From: Takakia lepidozioides
Lineage: Eukaryota; Plantae; Bryophyta
Reading direction: 5' to 3'
Assembly (NCBI GenBank): GCA_030704615.1
Contig: CM060733.1
Coordinates: forward strand, 38,006,001 to 38,070,000
Length of the DNA stretch: 64,000 nt
Shown: in pieces, positions 14,292 to 26,055 of the stretch
Numbering within the stretch: the first letter of the stretch is position 1
Layout: each line of letters starts with the position of its first letter
The notes under the pieces: model-generated
The model's database searches: none
Told to the model about the DNA's origin: nothing
What the model saw: the letters and a program-made list of their open reading frames with translations, nothing else
Program-made: the position numbers and the translations under genes

Positions 14292-16782
14292 CCCCACCAA
14301 CATACCGGAACCCTTCCTGAACCAAGTAAACCAGCTGCTAACTCTAACACATAAAATGAAGGCCACTAACCCTCCACCCCACCACTCACCTATCTCCGCA
14401 CACGAATGCGATCCACTCTCATTTCCCAAAGTTAAACCCAACAAGGCTTGGGGCCGGGCGCTGCCGTGCCCTCCTCAAACCACCATTTTAACGCCCCCAC
14501 CCCCCATCCCATCAATATACCGTCGCAATACCCCCCTCAAATATCCACCCACCCACTCCCATTACACGGATGGTCCCTCACCAAACCCAACGCTGGATAT
14601 GGCGTATACCATGCTGCTACCAACCGGGACGTAGCCCTTAGGCTCCCTGGCCCTGCCACCATATTACGCGCTGAACTTATGGCCATCTTTGAAGCCCCTC
14701 TCCCTATTAGATGCATTTCCCCCACCTTACTACATCTTCACCGACAACCTCAAATCACTCTTTCTTATCCATAACCACATAGCCCGTCCATCATCACACC
14801 ACCATCACCCAGATCGCACCCTCATTACATCCATTGTCAACCTTGCTATCTCCAAAAACCACCCTATCCACTTTCTCAAAAATACGATCACACATAGGCA
14901 TTCTGGGCAATGAGGCTGCAAACCTACTCACTCAAACTTGCACCTCTAAACCACCAGTACTACCCACACAAGACCCTATCCACATTGCCCACACCTACCC
15001 CTTCTGGTTCATACATCCAGTCCCGGACCCCCCAACACCCAAACCAATCCGGAACCTTATGAGCACACTCACCGGGGAAGCTAACAAATAAGCTGTGGCC
15101 TCCATCAGCCACACCAAAGTACACATCCAAAAATGGACTCAATCCACAGTTTTCCATCACAAACTATCAAACTACTTTTGGCACACCAAAGCCGCGACTG
15201 ATGCACAAATACGACTTGAAACACTCAAATTTCGGTATGCACAATACATGGGCCACCAATGCAAACACATTTTTTGGCCACACATGTTCCCATCCCCGTT
15301 CTGCCCGCTATGCTTAAACACCCAGCATGTACGTGACACTGGCCACACCTTCTAAGCCAATGTTCCCACCCAATCATCCACGGCCTCCATATCACCCGCC
15401 ACAACCACACAGTGTGACATATCCATAAATTTTCTCCTAAGTCGTGCCGAAACTCGCTGGTTTTCCCTCATCAATGTTGGCACTTACCAAGACCGGCCAC
15501 CAGACCACACAATACCACCATGGCTGCTGCCATGTATGTACCCCCGGTCGCCATGTACCTGCCCCGCCCGATTATGGCCAGATATTCTACTTGTTCAGGG
15601 CCTACTCACTGCCACCCTGCCCCCCACTGCACCATCCTCACTACTCACCATTCACTTCATTGAATTCACATACTGCCATGACCGCTACCCCCACAATTCA
15701 ATCCTAGAAAAACGGCAAAAATACACATGGCCACTTATCCTTGTACTCCGCTGTCTTAACTTCAACATTCCCCTCCCCCCTATTCACAAATGCTTCAAAG
15801 TCATTCATTTCACAGCCCTATGCTCCCTCATAGCCATCATCACCAACAAGCGACAACTGGAATCCACCTCCATGCCGGCATCCTAGGAACCCCAGGGTCC
15901 CCTTGGTACCCTAGGGCACCATTGATGGTTACTTGGTGTCCCACATGACACCTATTACACTTATAGGGCCCATGTCGCGGCCCTTTGCCTTGAGGGCAGG
16001 GGGTCGGGACACATGAGGGGCTGCCCCTGTGGTGGGGGCAGCGGCAGCGATAGGTATGGGGGGCTGAAGCACCCTTGAGTGCCCAAGGCACTCAGGGAAG
16101 CGGAGGCGCTCACTAGGTGGAGCCCCGCACACCGGGTTGCGGTGGGGGTGGCTCCACAAGGGGTGGTGGTAGCTTAATGGGACTTAGTGGGGGTGGCATA
16201 GGACTCACCATGAGGGCGGAGACCTCGTGGTGGAGTCGTGGGGAGTCTTGGGACTCATCACGGTCCATAGGGGCCGTGGTGAGTGGGCCAAGACTCACCG
16301 CGACTCACCACCGGGAATCGAGGGTCTTCGTGGTGGTTCGCCATAAAATGGCATGGCTAGTTGTGAAACCCCCGCGGACAGCTACATAAGTATATATAGG
16401 GAGTAGTAACCCCGAGAACGGTGCAAGCCCGTTGGTGACCAAAAACTAGTGAGTAAGCGAGCGAGCCGGAAAGCGACCAAAGAGTGGGGAGCTGTTCCGG
16501 ACTGCCATCTACCATAGGGAATTCCACTAGGCCCAAATAGGTGGAGGGTCTTTCGGGAGAGCGAAGGAGGACCGTTATGTCCCGGTGAGCAGCCGAAGCT
16601 CCGAGTTGGCCCGGCGGCCAGGTTGGGAGTCAGGCGCGCGCATCAAAGCGAGTAACTATGACTTGAAGGGGAGCTTACCGAAGTGAGGTGCGCGACAACC
16701 CACCCCCGACAGGAGGCAGTAGCCGTAAGGTAAAGTGGCTCTTAGTTACGCCGGCTTTTTGCCGGAGTCATCTCTCTCTCTC
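14292..16782 (+). mobile_element. 5'-truncated non-LTR retrotransposon with RNase H, zinc knuckle and restriction-like endonuclease (Dualen/RandI-like), degenerate
   Basis: Frameshifted RNase H (YTDG, RAELMAI, IFTDN, IRSHIGILGNEAA), CPLC..HLLSQC..RHN, PD-(D/E)xK-type PDILLV..FIEFTYC..EKRQKY, stop at 15886; (TC)6 tail; exact 12-bp TSD tggccactccag at 14280-14291 and 16783-16794. Confidence 0.85.
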
Positions 16783-17518
16783 TGGCCACTCCAGGGGTAG
16801 AGGTATCCCCAAATGTTTCAACACACCACAGATGAAACCTAGTAAGAGGCCTTATGCTATCAATTCAACTAGGAGAGGGAGTTAAAACAAACCAAAGACC
16901 AAAAAGGCTACTGTAAAGGTTTAAACCTAGCCCTCCTTCCCTCTCCTAGAAAGTATGATGAAGAACATCAGGCAAATGCACACTTCAAGTTCAAGGTCCA
17001 TCATCACCATCACCATCACCAATCACGTCACTGTATTTCACACACCAGATTTTGCTGCCAGAACTGGAGGCCATTCAATTGGACACGCTGCTCCACAAAC
17101 ACATGGTCAAGCGACTTGTGCGAGACAGCCTGCTGCTACACCAAGCACCTACATCCCTCCTCTACTTTTTTTTTTTTTTTTTTTTTTTTTTTGATTTGTT
17201 TTTTTTTTTCTTTGAAACTTTCGGAGCATTATAAAATGTTATTCATATATACTAAGATTTCTTTTCTTTTTTAATTTTTTTGAAAAAAAAAACACAACTT
17301 TTTCACTGCCATAGACGTTCATTTACTTTTTGAAAACTTCAACTTTTTTCTTTAAAAAATATGTTATTTGGGTATATAAGCATTTTCCTTCAACACTGGA
17401 GTTTCATTCTAAGTACTCCTTGATTGATAGTCTTCCTACTGAAAGCAGTAAGCACAAGTCTTGGTCCTTACAACTTAGTTGTGTGTTGGAGGTGTGTTTA
17501 GTGGAAGAATTCGGAGTG

Positions 17519-18958
17519 ATGGCTAGCTTGGCTCTGCGCGGGGGTTCAATGATGTTGTTGTTTGTCATACTACTCAATTTGGTTGCGACTCCAAGCTTGG
17601 CAACATCTACCACGTGTCCGCACGGTGCTATCTTTATGTTTGGGGACTCCCTTAGCGACACAGGCAATGATGGATTAGCATTTCCAAACAATCCGCAAAC
17701 ACTCTTGAGCCCGCCTTATGGAGAGAGCTTTGATTTTCATCATCCACCAAGCCGCTACTCCAATGGTCGCCTTGTCATCGATTTCGTTGGTATGCTTAAA
17801 CTTGAAAATAGAAAATCGTTGTATGTATGTGTACTTTTACCTTGGGCCAGAACGCTATTGAGCTACGTCATCTGTATTGAATTGGGAATTGTTTTTGCTA
17901 TGTCTCATTTAGTAGTTCATACAAAGATATTTTGTTTCTTAATTGGTTTTTGAAATATATATATCTATAATTCTAACTTGCTAACTTTTTGTTAATGGAC
18001 GCCTTTGGGTTGGAAGAGCGAAGGCATTTGGATTTCCTTATTCAACTCCGGTGCAAGCCCTCCTACTATGCAACCAAAGATTTTCGACATGGTATCAACT
18101 TTGCGTACGCGGGGGCAACTGCACGAAATGACACCCGCACTATCAAGTATTATCTGAAGACCCAAATTGATCAATTTTTGGATTTCAAAAGAACTGCGAA
18201 ACGTAAGAGCTCTTTTCCTTTGACTGATCATGTATTTATTATTTATTTCTCTGTGATCTTATGGTTCTTTTCTTGCTGAGTGCTTTGCTATCTGGCGGTT
18301 CTAGGGGTCCTTGCCCCTGTTTCTTTCCATTGCTGGCTTCGTCTTGGCTGCTTTCTTGGGTTTTCCGCTCTTGGCTCAGTTCTCGCTTGTTAGTTTTTTT
18401 CTGCTGGTAATTTGAATGGTCTCAGGGTGTAATTATTGTAACAGATGAATATTTGCAAAGTTTCTGACTTAGAATTGAATTTTTTAAATATTTGCAGCAA
18501 TTTTGTCGGAGGAATATTTACCAACCTCCAATGATTACAAAACTGGGTTATATATTGTTCATGTGGGCGGCAATGACTTCACTTACGAGTATAAATATGC
18601 GACCCAAAACGTGACCAAATCTATTGTACCCTAGACTTTGGCAGCGGTCATTGCAGGGGTACATAGATTGTACCATGAAGGTGCCAGAAATTTTTTGATG
18701 TTCAACAATCCCCCTCAGGGTTGTTCACTGTTCTGGCTTACATTAAACATGGGAAAACCCAGCGTTCCAAAAGATGGATACGGATGTTTGATTCCTCACA
18801 ACAATGTTGTCAAAACATACAACAAAGGGCTTGAAAAAAGCCGTGAACATTTTACGAAATCTTCCAGAAATTACCATACATTTCGGCGATTACTTCAACA
18901 TCCACTATGACATTATAAAAGATCCACAACACAAGCTTTTACTCAATTTTTTATTTCA

Positions 18959-19007
<49 letters not shown>

Positions 19008-19488
19008 ATATTTTATTGTTTGGCGTAGTTGAATTTGTCACTAGTAAAGTTAGACATCATGTTTTCAGATAACTATCATTTCTGTATATTATTATAATAG
19101 TACCCTATCCGATCAACCCCTAAAATGGTTTGGTGGGTTAATGTGGTAAATAGGATTTAACAAGAGCACAATTTTGGAAGCGAGCTGTGGGTATGGACAA
19201 CCCTACAATTACAATATGGATGTGACTTGTGGACGCAGCGGCATGCTCACAGACGGAAGACATATGACTCTGAATACATCTCGGAATCCTAATGGCTACG
19301 TCATTTGGGATGGTGTACACTTTACAGAGGCCTTCTGTAAGATTGCCGCTAAGTCTTTTATGACGGGGAAATATCTAGATCCTCCAACTAATTTCAGTGC
19401 TGAGTGCAAGCTACAAATAAATGTAGTGCACACAGGATTAGACATTACAGTGGACAATCCAATTGTACACATTTTGGTGATTTTGTGA
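17519..19488 (+). pseudogene. GDSL esterase/lipase pseudogene
   Basis: Signal peptide, FGDSLSDTGN, RYSNGRLVIDF, GINFAYAGATA, VGGND, WDGVHFTE; apparent frameshift near 18060, in-frame TAG at ~18632, frameshift in A-run ~18835. Confidence 0.85.
18961..19004. repeat. (AT)22 microsatellite in GDSL intron
   Basis: Direct reading. Confidence 0.95.
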
Positions 19489-19512
19489 GCTTAATTAGAA
19501 GGGGCTACTTAA

Positions 19513-22500
19513 CCCCTAATGGACGAGGCGACCTGAAACAGGTCGCCGGAAAATTTCGATTGGATGAAAATCATCGAGATGAATTCGGATGACTTTGAGC
19601 CCTGAATGAAAAATGTAGGAAATTCAATTCTACGCCTCTTGTGTTGATGGCACCCCAAAAATCCTAAAGGACAGCCGACAGGATTTTTTGGAAAGCGTGG
19701 GGGTACCCAAAAATCAGTGGTTTGGGGCCCTCCAGCAGGGTTGACCTGCCACGTGGCCGGCTAGATGGGGTGGGGTTCATGCGTTTGGCGGCGAGGGGTG
19801 CCACCGGGGGCTGCATGTCCGCCCGTGCGGACAGCCACATCTCCCTCCGGCACGCGCGAAGGGTGGCGGGAGGTGGGAGGGATGGGCACTTCGCGTCCTT
19901 CGTTCTCTCTCGTTTTTGCATGTCGAGGGCTCGCAGCTTGTTGTGTGCAGATCTTCCTCTTACGCTCCTTCTTCCTTCCTGTGTCGATCCTATTTAGCCC
20001 TGCATGCGCTTGATTGTTTTCTTTGTGCGCTTATTTGGGCTCTTTGCGATGTGGGTGTGTGCGGGCCGCTGTTCCGTTTTGCGCCGCGGAGCTTTTGTTT
20101 GTCTTTAGAGCTGGCCGCTGCGTTTACATCTGCTGCTCCACCTACATTTACGAGGTACGAGAAGGGCTGCGCAGCCACGAATTCAGTGCGCAGCCGTCTA
20201 TTCGCCTTAGGTACAAGCTCGCCCCTTTTCCTCCTTTGTGCTTTTCTCTTTACACCTCTTGCTTATGCTTCATTCAGCTAGTGCTAGGGTTCTGCATGCC
20301 AACTGATTAGATCCTACAGCCATGCCATCAGGGATGGTAGTGCTTGGGTTTTGTGTTTCTTGATGTGGGCATCAGATTTGGGATTTGTTTTTTTGTTCTG
20401 TACGTAGGCTTGTAGTGATTGGGGTGAGCTGTCTGGGTGGTAGGGAATCAATGGCGCCTAAGTGCAAGGCCCTTGCTGCACCTGAGCCACCACCTCCTCC
20501 GCCCGAGCATGCAGCTGCAGCCCAGGTTATAAGAGAATGGGCGATGCAAGAACAACATTGCACTGAGGAGCAGTGCAAAGTAATCTTGGGCTGCCTTTCT
20601 CCTGACTTCTTGTTAAGCTTGCCTCCCCCGCCAGGTGCCAATCGTTGGCCTCGCCACCCTCGTCTTCACAACTTCCGTTTCCTGTTTTAGACGTCAAGTT
20701 GCTCTTGTTCTAGGTTGGAGAGAGAGAAGAGAGGAGGGTGACAAAGACGGTTTTAGTGAGGCTGTGAATTCTATGTTGAGAGAAGATGTGTGGCTCGATG
20801 CCAACAGTCAGTCGTCTGAAGGTTTTGGCTCGTGCAAAGAGGTCTCTTCCTGCAAGTGTGACAACATCTCCCAAGGGTGTCGTCAGGAAAAAAACTAGTC
20901 ATGGAGTGAATTCTGGGATTGGGGGAGAGGCTGGTGGTCTGCCGGTGAATGTGGGGTGTGTTGGTGGGTCTCTGAGTCCGGGGAGGATGGTGGCCGTGGG
21001 TCGGGTGGCTTTGGGGGAGTTGCATCCCAATAGTGGGGGTGCAGGGGATACTGTGAATTTTGGGGAGGGGTCTTCTAATGGGAGTTTTGGGCATGATGAG
21101 GCCTCGTCGGACATGGACGAGGATTTTGAGGGTGACGATGGCTACATGGGGGATTCTGCCGATGAATGCGACTGGGAGAATGATGGGGTTGACATGGAGT
21201 GTGATGAGGAGCCAACCGCCGATTTTGTCAAGATGTTCAAGCCTGCGACTTGGGAGTCCAATGTTGGCTCTGAGTTTGCAACTGATAGAGGTGCTTTTAC
21301 TAGCCCTGTACCTGGTCCCTCCCTGCCAGATATGAAGGGCTCACATCCTGTTTGGTTCATTCGTTTGTTTTGGAGACAACATGTGCTTGCACGGATATGT
21401 AGGGAGTCCAATCGTTATGCATTTGAGGCTTTGGGTGCGGGCACTCGTGGGGGGGCTAAGTGGAAAGAGCTCAATGTTCGTGAGTTGAGGGCTTGGATTG
21501 GCATTTGTGTCCTCATGGGCATGAAGAAGTTGCCCCGAACTCGCTTGTACTGGCAGCACTCGGAGCAATTCTTCTCTTGTCCTGTCATCCGCAAAGTGAT
21601 GACGAGAGATAGGTACGAGGCCATCCTCCGCTGTTTGCATCTTGTTGACAACGCCACTTTGGTGGCGGATCGGAAGAGTAGCAATTACGATAAGCTTGGA
21701 AAGCTAAGGTAGGTGTGTGATGAGATTGTTGATAGGTGTAAGAGCCTCTGGAATCTGAACAAAATGGTGACCGTTGATGAGGTCATGATTCGTTACAAGG
21801 GGAGGTACTGTCCAATTAGGATGTATATGCCTAAGAAACCATGCAAGTGGGGCATAAAGGTGTGGGCCAATGCTGACTCGGAGACTTCATATGTCTACAA
21901 TTTCTGTTTTTACTCTGGTAAGAATGCAGGAGGGCCAGATGGCCAGAGGCAGAAAAGTGGGAAGGGAGAAGGTTACGATGTTGTTTGCCTGCTGACTGAA
22001 GGGCTGCATGGTTTGGGCCATGTCATTGTCACTGACAATTACTTTACCTCTGTCCAGCTTCTGTATGACTTGGCGAAGCTTGGCACTTGGGCCACTGGCA
22101 CAGTCAGATTGAACCGAAAGGATCTCCCTCCCTCTTTGCTGAAAATGAAGAAATCAAAGACTGCCAAGCAAAGGCAGTCATGGTACAGGATGCATGATTC
22201 AAGGGAGGTGGTTGCTGTGTTATGGTGGGACAAGAAGGGGGTCTTTTTACTGTCATCTACAGCCAGGCCAGCATGCAGCCCGTCCTCTCCTGTGACTGTA
22301 CGTCGTTTTGTGGGAAACCAAAGAGTGCATGTGCCATCCGTGCTTGCTCACGTGCAATACCAAACGTATATGCGAGGAGTAGATGTGCAGGACCAGCTGA
22401 GGGGTGCGTATAGCTTGTAGCTGCGCACAAAGAAGTGGTGGCATCGTGGGTTTTTTCTTCTTCTGGATACCACGGTGGTGAATGCGTATATATTGCATTC

Positions 22501-24272
22501 TCCAATGGAGAGAAGGATGGGGCGTCGGGTCATGACACATCTCGAATTCAATCTGGCTTTGGCATACGGATTGACAGCAGGCTGCTGCATTGACATCATG
22601 GACACCATTGGGGATGTGGAATGCACGTTTGTGCATCAGTGCCTTCACACGACAAGGCGGCGATTGTGTATTGTGTGTCACGTTCGTACTCACTATTACT
22701 GCCCTGGCTGTGATGGCAGCCACTTGTGCCTTGGCCCGTGTTGGAATGAGGCACACCGACATGCCACGAGGTGACTGCAGCTAGGCCTTTCAGTGGTTAC
22801 TTCTTCATTGTGTGTGTGCATTGGTTGCGTGGATGGGGGTTCACTGCTGTGTTGGATTGCATTGCAGGTATGCTGGCGTTGGCTATGGATGGCGTGTGTG
22901 CGTGGGGCGTGGGGTGTGTTTCTCGCTGATCTGTAGTGGCTGTAGGGGTACTGGGGGTGTGTTGGTGTTGGTTGACGGGCAGTGGATGCTTCTGGGGGTC
23001 ATGGGTGTGTGTTGCTGTTGGTTCATGGGTAGTGGAGGCTTCTAGGGTCATGGGGGTGTACTGCTGTTGGTTCATGGGCAGTGCTGGTCATGTGGTGGTG
23101 TGTTGCTGATGGTTCACAGGCTGTGGGGGTCATGTTGATCTGCTGCTGCTGCTGGTTGAGGGGCTGTGGAGGTGATGGGGGTCTGGGTGTATTGGCGTAG
23201 GAGCGTTGTGTTTGGGTGGTTTCACACTTTTGGGGAAGGGGGCGGGGGCGGGGTGGGGCAGCAATGCATCAGTCATGGTAGTGGTTCTGCTTTTTGGGGT
23301 GATGCTTGCTGCTTGGGGGGGGGGGGGGGGCTGTCTGCACAATGGGCAGATCGGGGGGTTCAACTCCCTCCCAGTTCTGGGATCATGATATTCCTGGGGA
23401 GCTTGTATTGCTGCATTGGGGGTAAAGCAGGGGACCTTGTATCGCTGCATTGGGGGTAACGTAGGAGCTCGCAGGGAGCTTGTATCGTTGCACTGGGGTA
23501 AAGCAGGTAGTTGGTAGTTGGTAGTTAGTTTTCAGATGCTTGTCGGGTGAAACGCCGAAACATAAGGCGGCCCCAGGCCCTTCTTAGGGTTTCGCATTTG
23601 GGGTCCCCCGACATTTTGTCGCAAATCGGTGACGTAGCCCATTTTTTGTAGCCGGAAATGTCTACCGGCTCAGGCAATATTTGGCCTGAGCTGGGATTGA
23701 AGTAGAAATTCACAGAAACAGAAATCAGTGCTTCAATTTTTGCTGAAATTCTGAAATTCTTTTTGGAGGTGGTACTTTATCATTCAAGGGAGACTTTCAC
23801 TGCAGCAATTGTGATTCCAAGGAAATTTGGCCCCCCTCAGCCTGAATTACATGTCATTTGATCTTCATGGTGTGTTTTGACCCCCCTATTTTCCCTTACA
23901 AAGCAACCTTGTGAAAATTTGGGAATTTTGCTTTGGAATTTTGCCACAACATGCTTTAGGTGCCACATAATGGGAATCTGGATGGGGTCTTGTGAGAATT
24001 TTTTTTTTGTCGATCCACTTTCCTGGTCAAACCATTTTTCCACTGCAAATTTGGAGTGTACCCCAAATTTAGGGCTTGCAAATTTCTTATTATCTTCCAA
24101 AATACGTGATGAAATGAGGTGAAATTTTCACAGAAGCCGGATGAAGTAGGTAACCTCCAATTCATACGGTTCATCCCAGTGGATGTTAGTTTCGTGAGAG
24201 ATATACCCTCATCCGTGAGGGTATGTCCTGTTTTGGAGGGGGCCCACCAAAAACTGCCTCGTCCATTAGGGG
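19513..24272 (+). mobile_element. Full-length piggyBac DNA transposon (~4.76 kb)
   Basis: Perfect 17-bp TIRs cccctaatggacgaggc (19513-19529) and gcctcgtccattagggg (24256-24272), flanked by TTAA (19509-19512) and TTGA (24273-24276); internal transposase. Confidence 0.93.
20451..22774 (+). pseudogene. piggyBac DDD transposase with premature stops
   Basis: VDEVM, VTDNYF, GVDVQDQ triad; KPCKWGIKVW; C-terminal CIVC..CPGC..HLC..CWNEAH; TAG at 21710 and 22418 split one frame; probable 5' exon 20451-20579 with intron to 20712. Confidence 0.9.
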
Positions 24273-24533
24273 TTGATGTAGCATTTGCAGAAACATGACC
24301 CTGAATATTCCAATAATTCAATAGGCTTCAAAGATTACTCCTAAAATCAAGGCTCATGCCATGTTTGGAGATGGAGTACAGTTATGGGAGAGGGCTACCT
24401 AATCTCCCCAGTTGACATGAAAATAAATGTTAAAGTGAGATGTTGGACAAATTACAGATACATGACCAAATTTTAAAAATAAGTGATGGTGCCAGGCTTT
24501 GATAGTCTTGACTGGCTGCTGCCTTCTTTTTCC

Positions 24534-24746
24534 TTTTTTTTTTTTTTCCGTTTCCAAGGAAACACCAGCCCCAGCTACTGGACGTTGAGGGGGGAAATAA
24601 AGCCCCTATCTGAGCCATGGAGGCATTACAGGGGCAGAGCCCCAGCCTGAAGGCAGAGAGACAGATGGCAGGGATTTGAAACCACCCGCAGGCCAGTATG
24701 TACAGGCCAGTATGTACACGAGTGGCTTACCACCGGGCCACAGCCC
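24534..24746 (-). mobile_element. tRNA-derived SINE-like element
   Basis: Minus strand: GGGCTGTGGCCCGGTGGTAAG (A-box-like), GGTTTCAAATCCC (B-box-like), unrelated body, A14 tail; internal 14-nt tandem duplication; no clear TSD. Confidence 0.6.
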
Positions 24747-25399
24747 TGTTGTGAAAACATTCTGATTGTCACGTTTCACTTGACACAAACTGTAGTGTTG
24801 CAAAGTGTGGTTATTCAACTAGGGCTTCGCGTTGCTCTGCATTACGAGCGACGACTTCTGAGAGCAACGTCCAAATAGATGGGCTATATTCAAGTTTTGA
24901 GATACTCACACAATAGACAACAAAACAAAAGCATCCAAAAGAGGCATTGCAAGAGATTATATTCGATCCAGACTAGTGTTGGGCGGATCTAAACTCAGTC
25001 CAGACAGTAGGAAATGAGCTATGACAATCAAAGTACTACTGCCACACTAGAAATTGCACAAGACAATTGCAGGAATTCGTAAACTAAATTCCTCAGAACC
25101 AGTTGCAGATAACTATCCGTCAATCCATGCCCTTGAGTAACATGTGAAACAGAGTGGAAGGTGGCAAGCTGCAGTCGTTCAACAAAGGAATGTGATAGAA
25201 AACTCTCAGAACTTGCCACCAATTAGCCAGCTGGAAGCCCGGGTAGACCAGGCAGGAGCTTGCACAAGCCCTCCGTTGTTGCAGCAATCTTGACAGCACG
25301 TGGGAAAGTTGGACCAAGAGATCGTTTCAGAGAAACACAATCTAAAATGCAAGGGCCTGTGCTTATCGCCGGCTAACACCTTCGTAAGCTGCCAAGCAT

Positions 25400-26055
25400 T
25401 TCTGATCCTGATAATGGAGACTTCAGTGAGAGATTGAATTCCAGGGAATAAACAGTGGAATCTCCCACAGATCCCATAATACAGAGGGCACTAAATGAAG
25501 AAGTGTTCTTCAGTTTCAATTTCCTGGTTGTGTCTGGTGCAAGCTGGGCATAGGCAATCCCCCCATTGCAGGAAAAGAAAGAGAATGAAATGAAATGGAA
25601 TTTGTAACATCCACAGAAAGCTCAAACCGCTTATGGGACAAAATGGGAAAAAGTAAGAGAGATGAGATTGTAACAGAAAATGGATATTGTCTTCAAGCCG
25701 TCTGCACACTGGGCATTGACAATCTCCTTTCTTCTCTGCATCCGCTTATTGTTCAAAAGTAGACTCCCCACCCTGAGTCAAAATTACAGTAGTGCCAAGG
25801 CTGCCCTTCACTTATCCATGTCACAAACTGGAAACAAGTTCAGGGTTTTATGCCTAACTTTTGTTTGGACATTCTGCACTCTTCCAACATGGCCTTGGAC
25901 ACGTCAGCTTCCAAGTCAACTTCATCTTAGCAGGGTCAGTTCCTCTTGCCTAATATTCAGGTACTTGAAAATCTTCTCTTCCCGTTCCGCCAGGACTTCA
26001 CCTGTTTAATGGGGTTGGACTGGATGTTGGCAGATCCACTACCTTCGTCTCCAGA
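25400..26055 (-). mobile_element. Two decayed LINE 3' fragments abutting the truncated DYW domain
   Basis: CPVCRRLEDNIHFLLQ followed by a (CATTT)n tail (~25585), then a second CPAC..IETEEHFFI*CPLY zinc-finger remnant. Confidence 0.55.

Noticed and set aside
16391-16765. Independent Pol III ncRNA gene (telomerase RNA, 7SL or RNase MRP)
   Set aside because: No CUAAACCCU template, no properly spaced USE, only scattered partial resemblances; the segment lies inside the retroelement TSDs.
17166-17212. Poly-T tract as a retrocopy tail
   Set aside because: No TSD or recognisable body adjacent.
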